DNA of 64,000 bases, taken from NCBI GenBank assembly GCA_047495785.1, contig JBLDXI010000054.1, forward strand, positions 868,001 to 932,000, written 5' to 3'. The notes beneath the pieces are model-generated. The model saw only the letters and a program-made list of their open reading frames with translations. It had not been told where the DNA came from and did no database searches. The position numbers and the translations under genes were made by a program. Below, in pieces: positions 46,434 through 58,054 of this stretch (within the stretch, counting starts at the first letter, position 1; every line of letters starts with the position of its first letter). Source of the DNA: Lepidodermella squamata (Eukaryota; Animalia; Gastrotricha).

Positions 46434-46498
46434 ACAGTTCTTACTTGGCGCCGATGGAGCAGTTTTCAAGCTTTCATTTCGTGGCCGGTTGTTTGCAG

Positions 46499-47569
46499 CT
46501 ATTGGAACGACGGCCGTTGGAGCGACGGCCGTTGATGACTGCGCCTCGTCACGAACGAGGGTCGTTGCTGGAATTCAGGTTCGCCATAGTTGTCCTCGTC
46601 GCCGAAGTCGTTGTTGAGAGGCGGTGCGTTGTAGTTGTAGTCCCATCCCGGGCCGCCATAGGCCGTGTTAGGCGGCGGAGGCGGCGGCGGAGGTGCGTGT
46701 TGGTTGAACGGGCGTTCGTTTCGGTTGAAGTTCACATCTTGTTGGGGCTGTTGAGGTGGTGCCGTGCCGTAGTTCCGGTTCCCTATTCCGAGCTGGTTGT
46801 TGGTGTTGCCATTCGGTTGTTGCTGACCGCTGTTTCCGCCGCGCCACTGGCCGGCGTAGCCATTGCCTTGTCGCTGTTGTTGCGGTGGCTGTTGGCGTTG
46901 GTTCGCAGCGGCCTGGCGTGCTTCGTTCGCCTTAGCGCGGTTCGACCATCGGTCGGGCTTCGGCTGGTGGGCGGCGTTATCCGCAAGCTGCTCGACTTTT
47001 CCAATGGCTGATTTGAAAACGTAAGTCCCAAACCCCTGTGTGATCAACGTGTTGCCGGTGATTTTGTAGTTGATGTCGGGAGAGTTGTTGTTTTCGTCCT
47101 TGACAATATCGTTGAGTTTACTATTCAGTGCCTTCCGGATTGTCTGTTTGTGCGGAGGGAGGTAGCGCGACACCCAGATGCCGCGGGCAAGATGCCTGCG
47201 GTTTTCAAACTGCAGTGTCGAGTAGACACAGGAAACCGCCTCCGGCGCAAGTGTCACATGTATTTGACGGTTAATCAAGGTACCTTCCGCGTTTCTGCGA
47301 GGGGGTCCGAATCGCTGGCAAGTCATCGGTACGTTGCAAAGCATCGGTACCGCCTCGTATACCTTGTCGATTAGAAGTTCCTCGGATTCGCGGGCGGTTT
47401 CGGGAATGCCTCCAACGAGCAGCGAAGCTCGCCACACATGACCTTCTATACGACTGGTTCTTCTTGCCAGATCGCTGGCAGCCAATTTAAGCTCCTTGAC
47501 CTCTGCCTTCAGTTCGTCGACTTCTGCCCTTAGCTGGGCGATTTGAGCCTCCTCATTGACTTGTTCCAT
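46499..47569 (-). CDS. LINE ORF1: coiled coil + RRM-like region + Q/N/G/P-rich tail
   Basis: Heptad-like N-terminus, LLVGGIPE motif, …RFG…R.IHV; lies directly upstream of ORF2 on the same strand. Confidence 0.8.
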   Translation of the reverse strand: MEQVNEEAQIAQLRAEVDELKAEVKELKLAASDLARRTSRIEGHVWRASLLVGGIPETARESEELLIDKVYEAVPMLCNVPMTCQRFGPPRRNAEGTLINRQIHVTLAPEAVSCVYSTLQFENRRHLARGIWVSRYLPPHKQTIRKALNSKLNDIVKDENNNSPDINYKITGNTLITQGFGTYVFKSAIGKVEQLADNAAHQPKPDRWSNRAKANEARQAAANQRQQPPQQQRQGNGYAGQWRGGNSGQQQPNGNTNNQLGIGNRNYGTAPPQQPQQDVNFNRNERPFNQHAPPPPPPPPNTAYGGPGWDYNYNAPPLNNDFGDEDNYGEPEFQQRPSFVTRRSHQRPSLQRPSFQ

Positions 47570-48397
47570 TGAGAGATTATTAGTGTAGATGAATAGAGTG
47601 TGGTAGCACGCGATTTAATTCGCGAAAAAAGGCAAGTTGCTTTTAAAACGAAAAAAGCTCGAATAGTAGCCTAGGCTACTACGGCACGTGTGCTCTGCTG
47701 CGCTGAACGGTATTTAAAAACGAAAGATGCCTGAAGATATGTAATAATCTACTGTTTATGATGATTTTAGTGAAGGCTTTCCTTATTAGTCTTGATTTCC
47801 AGCTATTAGACGACCTAGCTAATAACTAATAATGAATACTTTGATGAGTTTTGAGATTGAAAGACGGAAAGTAACGTCAGGTCTCCGTTGCATAAGCCTA
47901 TCTCAAATAGAAGCCTAGTCTTGAATAGAAGCCTACTTTTCCCCATTTTTCGAGGTATCATTTTTGTATAAGCCCGTGTTAGTATTTCGGTAACTACGGT
48001 ATTTTAGTTTGACAGTCCAAGCTTGATGATATCAAGATAGTCAAGTTCAACCGATAAATAGCAATTCGAAAAGAAACACAACGGTATATTTGGGTTTTAG
48101 AGCTAGAAATTCCAAAAAGAGGATTTTCTACCAGGAAAGACTGAATATATTGCATAACAGGCCCAAAGCGTGCGTGATAAGCGATATGATTTTTGAACAT
48201 TTCCATAATACCAATCGGAAACAAATATTGAATAGTGCTTGTTTTCTTCCTGGGTGAGAAACTTTGTTCTGTTGCAAGTGCGATATTATTTTTGGATTAA
48301 TCACTGAAATCCTTATTATTCACGATGGTTATACATTCTATTGAGTTAACAATACCCGTAAATTAAAGTGTAGGTAGCCATGGTCCAGAGATGTCAG

Positions 48398-50287
48398 TCA
48401 TGGGCGAATAATATTGAAATCGGCGCAGAAGTCGTAATATTTATTGTCGCGAATACAGCCGCATTTTCGTGTTATTGGAAAACAAAACGATAGGCTAGAG
48501 TGAAAACAAAATTCAATTCGATTCACTCACTGTATTGGCATCTTGGCGGTTTGTATGGAGGTACGCAGGTGCACTGATCTGGCCCAGTGCACGTCCCGCC
48601 ATTCATGCATGGTTCGGTGCATATCCCTACAATTCAACACAAGATCTACTGAAAACGGCTCAAATTTATGAAAATCAAACCCAAGCATTGTTCGCCAGAG
48701 TAGCCAGGCTTGCAGGTGCATTGGTAATTCCCGGTGGTGGTTAGGTTGCCAGTACAGGTGTTGGGCAGACAGTTTGGGGAGCATTTTATACCTGGGCACA
48801 AAACTGTAATCCAAGCTTCCAATGTGGAGAAAATTACTGTTGATGAGTTCGCACTGGTTGCTCAGCGTCACCAACTGAGTGATGTTGAGAGCCTCCCTTT
48901 GGAAGGAGAAGCAGGCGACATTTATTGTTCCGTAGACGAGTGGAGAGATCTGCTGGGGATGATCGAAAGAGAGAAATATGTTATTACTTCACGATCATTG
49001 AAAATGGCTTCTGTTAACCCTTTCGCGGTCGAATTTTTCATCTGTAGAAAACCAAGCATACTTGGAAAGAGGGCTATCGCCTGATTGTTAAAAGCCACAG
49101 GTCATTGTTTTGCGATGTACGGGTGGGAAGTACCAGGTCAGCGAAGGCAGTTTTTAAGATCTCAAATGAAAACAATCAAAAAAAATATTCAATAACATTT
49201 TGCTACCGGAGTTTCCTAGCAACTAAACCGATTCGGACGAAAGCGATCACGTTTGAAATGAAAATGAGAAATCAAGTGATTCATAAATTGAGAACGAAAA
49301 TTTTCGAAATTTCAGCAAAACTTTTTTTTAAAAAAGAATGTACTTCCCAAATCTGCTAGGAACTAGGAAGTGAGCGGACCCATTTTTGGGACTGCTCAGA
49401 GGGGGCACGCCACCCTCGTACTCTGCCCCGTAACCCCGGAAAACTGCCACTACAAAGCACTTCGAGTCAGGAGCATGCAGAAGTACGTATCGAATGTGTT
49501 TTGGGAAATGTGCTACCGGTTCGAAGTGCCATTAATAACGCAAACATGCGTGTTTCCCGTTTCTCTTGTATGGTCCAAAGTTTTCGCCCTTCAAAGGGTT
49601 CGCGAACTCCAACCGCGCCATATAATAACTAATGCCACGCGCTGAAATTGTCACCTACCGAATTCCTATTTTTATCGAACTCCCAAGGGTAGTACTTTCG
49701 CTGAAACCAGTGAAGTAAGACTTGCCACAGAATAGAACCGATGAATTCGTTGTTTTGTTGAATGATATCGCAACGAATTGCCACGTAGTTAGGGGGCAAG
49801 GAATTTCCACACTGTTCGAAGTCCCAGAGGCGTAGCATTTAACATGGGTCGCATTTATCTGCCAACAACCTGCTGACACTGTTGCTGTTCCAACAGTAAT
49901 ACTCTCAAATAGAGGACAGTAATAGTTGGGGCAAAATGATTTTAGCCAAATGCCGATTGTGAACAACGTGCTTCCACTCAATGCAAGATTTGTGAAAGCA
50001 ACGTAGCTGCCACTGCCATTACGATTCAGTGATATGGCGCCAGTGTCATAAGTAAACGGCCCATCAGCGTCGAATATAGACCCCGTGAAACTTGCTTGTA
50101 GTAGCCCACTGAAATTAGACCCACTGACATCGTTTTTACCCCAAAATCCATTCAAAGGCCAGTATCCGATAGTATTCGGAATATTCGCGGCAGCGATGCT
50201 GTTTCGAAGTTGCTGGACAATCGATTGCGCTGAGCACGACTGATGCAGACAGAACAATAATGCGAAAACTGTTATTGTTATAATCAT
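48398..50287 (-). pseudogene. LamG-EGF copy B, probably degenerate downstream of exon 1
   Basis: Exon 1 is intact. Exon 2 is 1 nt shorter than in copies A and C (18 vs 19 nt before TAC), the last acceptor has AG>AA at about 48472, and the tail has a Cys>Tyr change. Confidence 0.65.
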
Positions 50288-50781
50288 TTTTGGATATCCA
50301 AAATACTTTTTAGTCGTTTTTTAGTTCGCTTTTGCTCTAGCGCCTCACTTTTCCAAGACGTAGTTGGGCGATATTCAGAACAAAATAGTTTTATCAACAA
50401 AAACGTGTTGCTAGCAGTTGCCATAACAGGGGAATATGTCTGCTGTCAACCCCGCACTATTTCAGCCTTGAACGAGTATCCTTGCCTATGAGGGGAAATA
50501 ATTTACAACCCGAACTTCCCAATCGATGATGCCAGTGCGCATCGCCTTCTGACTGTCTATCATATTAACAGAATTAACAAATTGTAATTTTTGACAATCG
50601 ATATAACGCCTAGAACCTAGATGCTAGATGTCATTCCAAACCTGACGAAAATAATTTATTTTCCATCCGCTGAAATGACTGTATATTCTTTGGAATATAT
50701 TTTTCGCGAATTAAATTTCATCCTTTATTATGAATCCTTTTATTTTGGTGCAATGAGATTTAACCTGGTCCATTGTCAACG

Positions 50782-51646
50782 TTGGGGCCCGAGTCCGTAT
50801 TCGGTCCGTACGCGCTCCGGCCGGCCCGTACGCACATTGATTTGACACTCCGCGCTCGGACCGCTTTAAAACATGCCGTATGCGACGTTTACTGTAAATT
50901 TTACAGGTTCGGAAGAATCACGCTCCACCGCACACGGGCTTGCCAAGGTGTTGGCCCGAGCACGGCGGAGAACAATGGTAGTAGTATCAGTATAGTCCCC
51001 TAGCGGGGCGCACTGCCTCCTCGCATGCTCTCCTCCGCTGGTCCCGGTCCCTGGCCAAGACCTGAGCCGAACCCCAGCTCAGCCCCATGCGCGCAGGTCA
51101 TTTTCAATGGTGGCCCGCCATGTAGTTTTTGGCCGCCCCACCGCCCGGCTGCCCTGTGGCGTCCACCGAAGGGCAACTCGGGGAGTGCGCCTGGCATCCA
51201 TTCGCAGCACATGCCCCAGCCAGCGAAGTCGACGGAGTCTGATCTTGTCCGATAGAGGGCGACATTTGCAAACGCGGTGGAGCTCCGCATTCGAAACGAT
51301 CCTCGGCCAGAAGATGCCTTGGATTCGTCGGAGGCATCTGTTGTGGAAGGCATCAAGCCTCCTTACGTCAACCCCCAACTCCCGCCAGCACTCCGAGCCA
51401 TATAATGCGGGGAACAGCATTTTTAGGCTGGGACTTGATAAAGTTATCGGGTAGTGCGTTGGTTGTAGGATCACCCAAGCCCCAAGCCCGGCGGCCCGAG
51501 TGTGGCGCGTGTGAGCGCCTAACAATAAAACTGGTTCCCATTGTTCTCCGCCATGCTTGGGCCAACACCTTGAAAGCGGCCCGAGCGCGGAGTGGAAAAT
51601 GCTGTTCCCCGACCGCATACGGGCCGAATCCGGGCTCGGACCCCAA
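50782..51646. mobile_element. Degenerate GC-rich foldback/MITE with long imperfect inverted arms
   Basis: TTGGGGCCCGAGTCCGTATTCGG…CACTCCGCGCTCGGACCGCTTT and CAAGGTGTTGGCCCGAGCACGGCGGAGAACAATGG are mirrored at about 51538-51646. Confidence 0.7.
50978..51420 (-). mobile_element. 5'-truncated RTE-clade LINE fragment inside the foldback element
   Basis: LYGSECW…FHNRCLRRI…ISN/VSN…RRLRWLGHVLRM…GRPKTTW, ending in a short (ACT)n-like tail. Confidence 0.88.
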
Positions 51647-52888
51647 TATCTAGATGAGAGAAAATAAAAACGTTCTTGAGCCTCTTTTTCTTCTAGCAAG
51701 ACATGCGAAAACTATTCCAGCGTGGTATAGAGTTTCGCAGGCGAAAGATTTCAAGCTGATTGAGATAATGACATCGAACTAAATGAGCGATCCCGCAATC
51801 TTGCATCTTCCAAATCGAAATCAGCGAACCCGTTCAGCGACGATCGAGCTCATTTCTGGCGCAATGTGCTTCCTGACACATTCCACTATAACAAGTTCCA
51901 AAACTTCTCAAAATGTACCCCCCATCCCTCTCCCCTCACTCTGAAAGTCGCACACTGCCTGCTCGCATTTTTTCGGGTTCGGAGAAAATAATAGCCATGA
52001 TTATTATCCTATAAAATCGGGTAAAAATTCAGCGCTTGCAGCGCTTCCCAAAGGAAAATTCAGATAATAATTTAGAATTTGTTAACCAGAGGACACAATT
52101 GTTTATGAGGAAATGGTGAATTATATTGCAAAATATCATGGCAAGACTGCCATTCATACACATTGTGGAACCACTCAAAAGTCCAATCCTGACGCACACG
52201 CCTATTGGTCAATCGATCGTTGCTATGACTCCCGGATGAAATAGCAACAATAAAGTGACCAATCAGCGTGCGCGCCAAGGTTCAACTTTTAAGTGGATCC
52301 ACAATGCAAAAGTTTCGAGAGGTTTTCATAGTGAAAATTCTTCGCATAAAATAATTCCCCACCAACGAAACGGAAAATAGACAAGTCCAATTTCGACATT
52401 TAAAGTGGAAATTAAAAATGGAATTTTTATAACGAGCCTAATTCGTCTTACCCATGCAACTGAAACTGACGAAATTGTAGACATTAAGTTGTTTCCGCAA
52501 TCCGACTTAATCCATGCCGTCACGGCCAACTGATTTCAACGACGAATTCGAATTTCGCATCCGGCCACGGTGTATTCGAATCCAGTTCCGATGGCTGACA
52601 TCGCGACATATAAAAATCTTTACCTGTTATCACGAAATGTGGCAGGGACAAGTCGCTTTAACGGTAAATTGCTCGCGCGATAAGTTCTCTAAACAGCTTC
52701 TTGCTTCTGTGTGTATAGATGAAAATGAGTGCAATAGGTATCATGAATGAATGAAAATGACGTAATTAGAAATAAAAGATTCGTCATCAGTAATCACCAT
52801 CGAGAAAAAAGTGACTCAAGCTAAAATTGTGATCTGCATTCTTAAATCGAGTGCTTCTGAAAACGGAAGCAATCTCCGTTTTTCGCTG

Positions 52889-53094
52889 AATTTTGCATGC
52901 ATATAGAACGCGAGCTGCTCTTTCAAGTGGTATAAGATTTGAGGTGGGCAATTTCTGCTCAGTCTTGATCTCATCATGAAACCATAGTGATAAGAAGTTG
53001 TTGTATCGTAACAACGGCTGGGTTCTGGGTTGCCTACCTCAAATCTTATACCACGCGAAAGGAGCAGCTCCCGTTCTATATGCATGCAAAATTT
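52889..53094. repeat. Imperfect inverted repeat with ~63-bp arms
   Basis: AATTTTGCATGCATATAGAACG…GTGGTATAAGATTTGAGGTGGGCAA (52889-52951) is mirrored at 53030-53094. Confidence 0.8.
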
Positions 53095-54640
53095 AATGTC
53101 AACAACTTGTTCACATTGCTTTAGCGTTTTCACCATTTCACCGTCAACCCCCAGGAACAACGGTGAACATTTTTTCCTGCTTGTGTTTCCTTTTTGTTCG
53201 CTATGCTTCGTTGCGTTTCAGATCAAGGAACTACGTCAAAGTAACGCAGCTGTTCCACTTTGTTCGGAGTCGTCGATCGACACTGTGTAGGCGAACAATT
53301 CTCGCCCATGTTTGGCGTTGTTTTTATTGAAAACCAGGCAGTGCTCAGTGGTCGCACCGGTCTGGGGAGTGTTGGAAAGAGAAATCGGACCAAACAGAGA
53401 CACGGGGTGATGTGTTGGCAAGAGGAATCGGCCTTAGAATGCGCTGACGCTTCTCAGTCTTCCACTTCTTTTACGAATGATCTTCACCATGTATATCATG
53501 CTGATCAATCGAGCTTTCGAAGATAACGTTGCCGATAGACCGCTTTGAAAGAGTCGAAAGGTTTCGTGGGGCGGGAAAGGATAAAACCACTCGGGACGCC
53601 GGGTGCGAGGATTCCGTGACAACTCTTAAAACGTGAATTAGTTTATCTTTCTATTCAACCTTCGCTTTATCCTTCTTGCGTCACCTTGCTTTGCCTATAC
53701 AGTGGCAACGTGCATAGGGTATGCTAGTGTGGTTCTAGTGAGGCACGGGTACAACGCTCGCGTTTTTACATGAATTTGTGCTCACGACATCAGCGTCCGA
53801 CCGAAGTTGCTGGGTAAAATTCGAATTTCGGCATTCGAGTACAAGGTGAAACGCTTGCTTGAGGCTCACAATGCGGCGCACGTGTGCAGTAACCCACCAT
53901 CACTTCCTCCCCGCCATCAGAAGCGCCTCCGAAAACCGGGTTTGCGGCTGGAACAACAGCTTTCAGCATTATCGAGCCGCCTGTTTTCCACGCGCCACAT
54001 TCGCCTGATTACTGTGAGCGACCGCAGGGCATATTCCGGATCAGAAGACTGTTAGGAATTCAAAAATTATTGTTTTCTTCGAGCTTCCAAAATTTAAAAA
54101 GCAATAAAAAGCAATGCTGTTAAAAAAATTAATAAAAAATCCTGAAATTTAATCTAAATTCAAGTAAAAATAGAGCATTTATTTAGTGCGAAAAAGAGTG
54201 GGAATTGGCGGAAAAAGTTGAAATAAAAGAAATGTTTGATGAGAAAAGAAAGGAATTTAACGTGGGATAAAATATTTTCCATCGCAACAGTCTGATCGAT
54301 TACGGTCGTCGAGATATAAACGTTCTAACGATAAACAACACTTCACAAAAAAAACAAGCATTCATATTGGGATTGCAACACAGTAAAAAATTCAAAAAGA
54401 TGACTTTCTACATAAAATATTGACCAAAAATCAATAAATTAATCGCGATAAGACTTCTGAAAAATGATTAGCGAAAAAATATTGAATCGTGTTGTTATTC
54501 TTCCTGGGTGAGAAATGTTACTGCTCCATGGTCCGATTCCCCGTTATGTTTGGAATTAGGATTCAAGATAATTATATACATTTTAGTGCGCTAACAAGAT
54601 CCGTAAAGTGGTGTAAGTAGCCATGGTCCAGCGATTCCAG

Positions 54641-56542
54641 TCATGGGCGAACGATATTGAAATCGGCGCAGAAGTCGTAGCATTTATTGTCGCGAATGCA
54701 GCCGCATTTTCGTGCTTCGAAAAGGAGTACAGTGGAAAAAAATTAAATTAAGTCTCGAATCACTGACTGTATTGGCATCTGGGCGGTTTGTATGGAGGTA
54801 CGCATGTGCACTGATCTGGTCCAGTGCATGTCCCACCATTCATGCAAGGTTCGGCACATATTCCTACAATTCAAAACGTTCTGCTGAAGGGCTCAAATTT
54901 ATGAAATTCAAACCCAAGCATTGATCACCAGTGTAGCCAGGCCTGCAGGTGCATTGGTAATTCCCGGTGGTCGTTAGGTTGCCAGTACAGGTGTTGGGCA
55001 GACAGTTAGGGGAGCATTTCATACCTGGGCAAAAAGCTGACATTCAATCTTGAAAGGTGGAACTTGCAAATTACTGTTGATGAGTTCGCACTGATTGCTC
55101 AGCGTCACCAACTGAGTGTCGTTGAGAGCTTCCCTTTGGAAGGAGAAGCAGGCGACATCTATTTTTCCGTAGCTGAATGGATAGACCAAGCTAAGGATGA
55201 TCGGAATGAAATGAATTAAAGAAACAGGTAGAAACGGCCACGATTGGGTATTGGGTCTCTTTTATTCCTTGAGAAAAGCGAACTTTAATTGGAGACAGAA
55301 CGAAACCCAGACAATTGAAGAATCGCTTATCCACTTTATAATATGAATCTTTGACAAAACCATTTGGACTACACAGCAACCTTAGAGGAGTACTAACCAA
55401 CCAGAAGAAAACGGCGGATTGGTTGGATCTGGGTTTCGTTCTGGCTTCAGTCAGGTTCTAAATCGAATTCGCCGTTGGTAGGCGTTCAGTCTTTTTTCTA
55501 AGCCTATGCTTGGAACAGGTCCAAAGGCCGGATTCAGCTAGTTGTGACTCCAATGAAAGAATATTGGCTCTTCTGGCTGGTTAGTCTTCTTCAAACGTTT
55601 CTGTGTAGTCCAAAAGGTTTTGCTGAAAAGTAGATCAGCGATTCTTCTATTGTATTCGTCCCAAAAATTTGCTATGGATTCCAATAAAGTCGAACAGTCA
55701 TGAGGAGATCAAAATTCCGCCCATTTCTACGAATACATTCCCATCTATCCAGCCCGAAGGAAGAAAAGAACACGCGGCTACTTGACTTCAGCGGCAAAAC
55801 ATTAAAAACTTCGGGAGCCTCATTCTGGTGTAGAAATTGTAGGCTACAAAGATTTCGCTCTCTGAAGCGTTCAAAAAGCCCCATAACTAACTCAATAGGC
55901 TGAGAATGTTACTTACCGAGCTCCTATTTTAATTGAACTGACAGTTGTAGCACTTCCGTTAAAACCAGGGAAGGCAGACTTGCCACAGAATATAATCGAT
56001 GAATTCTTTGTTCCACTGAAAGCCATCGCAATGAATTGCCACGTGGCTAGCGGGCAGGGAATTACCACCCCTGTTGAATTGCCCGATGCGTAGCAAATAA
56101 TATGACTCGCGTTCACCTGCCAACAACCTGCTCCCAGTATTGGCGTTGTAACTGTTGCAAACTCGAATAGTGGACAGTTATAGTTGAGGCAAACCGATTT
56201 GAGCCAAATGCCGATTGTAAATGACGTGCTTCCACTGAATGCAGAACTTGAGAAAGAGATATAGGTGCTATTGTCAATGCGATTCAGGGATTTGGCGCCA
56301 GTGTCATAAGTAAATGGGCCGTCGGCGTCGAATAAAGACCCGGCGAAATTGGGTTGGATTAGCCCACTGAAATTAGACCCGCTGACATCGTTTTTACCCC
56401 AAAATCCATTCAGAGGCCAGTATCCGATAGTATTCGGAATATTCGCAGAAACGATGTTGTTTCTTAGTTGCTGAACAATCAACTGTGCAAAGCACGTCTG
56501 ATGCACGAAGAACAATGCGAAAATTATTATTGTCTTAATCAT
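54641..56542 (-). CDS. Secreted LamG + 2 EGF protein, copy C (intact)
   Basis: Same five-exon structure and phases as copy A; stop at 54641-54643. Confidence 0.85.
55311..55651. repeat. Old foldback element in intron 1 of copy C
   Basis: CAATTGAAGAATCGCTTATCCACTT and CAAAACCATTTGGACTACACAG are mirrored at about 55595-55651. Mostly absent from copy A. Confidence 0.6.
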
Positions 56543-57197
56543 TTCCAGGGATCGAAATTATGGGAAAACGTGTCGCTTTTTTGTTCGCCTTTGCAGCCAT
56601 TTTTCCAGCGCCTCACTTTACCAAGACGTAGTTGATCGATACACACACCAAATATTGTTATCAACATAAACGTGTTGCTATTAGTTGCCATAACAGGGCT
56701 ATTCGGATATCTCTGCTGTGAACGTTCAACTATTTGAGTCTCAAATGAGTATACTTACAATAAACTCCGAATCGATGTCAGCGCGCAGCGCCACTGACCG
56801 CCCGTCATATTAAATGAGTTAACATGTGTGATGGCAATCAATATTACAACACCATGTCATTTCAAACCTAACGATAACATCGCTAATTATTTATTTTCCT
56901 GTAAAATGAAATACCCGGATTTTTGTATTGGGTTTCGCGAATTGAATTCCATCGTGAATTATTAATTATTCATCTCGGCACTTAGCGATTCAACCGTGTC
57001 GAGACGAGAGATGTTGTCTTGAGCTGCTCAGAGCGGGAGGCCAGCTTCGCACCCTGGTCTGCTTCAAAGAACCACGGGGACGGGGGGTTACAAAAGGCCT
57101 TGTGATTAAAACGAAGCTAAACCGAAGTGTAATAAAAGTGATATTGCTCTCTATGTTTCCAGAATTTTGTTCCTTCTTTTGAGGCATGCCATTGGGG

Positions 57198-57550
57198 TGT
57201 GTCTTTTTTTCCGACCAATGTCTTATTTCATCCGACAACTAAAAATGTGACTGAAATCGTCCGACATGAAAATGTCGATTTTCTCGATTTTCCCCATTTT
57301 CGATTTTTCCGTAGTGGCATACCCCTTTTATGCACCCTATTTTAGCCCCTGAACCGGCTGAATTATATGGCGAAAGATATTCGAGATCCAAGAGGACGTG
57401 ATCCGAGTAGAGTAGACACTTTTTTACTGTGAGTTTTTGAAAAATTAAAAAAGCAAGTCGGCTGATTTTAGTCACATTTTTGGTTGTCGGATGAAATAAG
57501 ACATTGGTCGGAAAAAAAGACATTGGTCGGATGAAAAAAGTTTTCCCCTG
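57198..57550. mobile_element. Palindromic MITE remnant with TCCGAC repeats and one CAGGGG end (hAT-like)
   Basis: Inverted arms of about 65 bp (about 57198-57264 / 57457-57522). The right terminus is …TTTTCCCCTG; the left terminus was not found. Confidence 0.6.
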
Positions 57551-58054
57551 CAATTGCCGTTGCAGCGAGTTAAACGAGATTTAAGCCGTCGAAAGATTTT
57601 CAGCTAATTAAGAAGGGTAAAACATTCGCAACCGACCGCCCACTTCGCATCACTTTTCATTGCCTTCACTTTAGTGAGCAAGCAGATGATGCCGCTAGCA
57701 TTTTCTTCGTGTGAGGCAGGAGAATGCTGTTGTAGCGGAGTATACGTGGGTTACGTGGGCGAAAGATTTCAAGCTAGTTATAATGAAGGTAATGCCATCG
57801 TTCTGAATGAGCGTTCACGTACTCTTGCATCGACAGTATCGACCCCGTTCGACGACGGTTGAGCTGATTGTCGACAGGCGCTACGTGCTTTCACACGCGG
57901 AAAAACGGTGGGTGAAAGTTTTAAGGGTAAAATATTTTGATGGAATTTAACGAAAATTAGCACAACACACATTGCGATGGCACGCCTCGTATCTCGGTGA
58001 ATTAGTCTCACCAGTGCATCATTTTGCAATATTTTTATGGAATTTAAAAGGGGA

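Larger units (their letters stand above)
42619..47711 (-). mobile_element. Apparently full-length non-LTR retrotransposon (RTE-X-like) with two intact ORFs
   Basis: ORF1 and ORF2 are intact. AATAAA signals near 42621-42642. Candidate TSD ATTTAA at 42613-42618 and 47712-47717. Boundaries are approximate. Confidence 0.8.
38894..47737 (-). mobile_element. Helitron (Rep-deleted) with a LINE near its 5' end
   Basis: Canonical 3' end on the minus strand: hairpin GGCGCGCG-GTA-CGCGCGCC then CTAG|T at 38894. The 5' end A|TC is placed at 47737 by inference and is less certain. Confidence 0.8.
38687..47999. mobile_element. Pogo/Tc1-type MITE (about 470 bp when empty) expanded to 9.3 kb by nested insertions
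   Basis: TA|CCGTAGTTACCGAAATA … TATTTCGGTAACTACGG|TA, a perfect 17-bp TIR. (T/A)TAGAAGCC subterminal repeats occur on both sides. Confidence 0.88.

Noticed and set aside
46414-47374. Antisense ORFs over LINE ORF1, and similar shadow ORFs over the GPCRs and ORF2
   Set aside because: Expected by-products of coding or GC-rich sequence; no motifs or splice support.
51700-54050. Several 60-114 aa ORFs
   Set aside because: No recognisable domains or consistent exon chain; probably decayed repeats.
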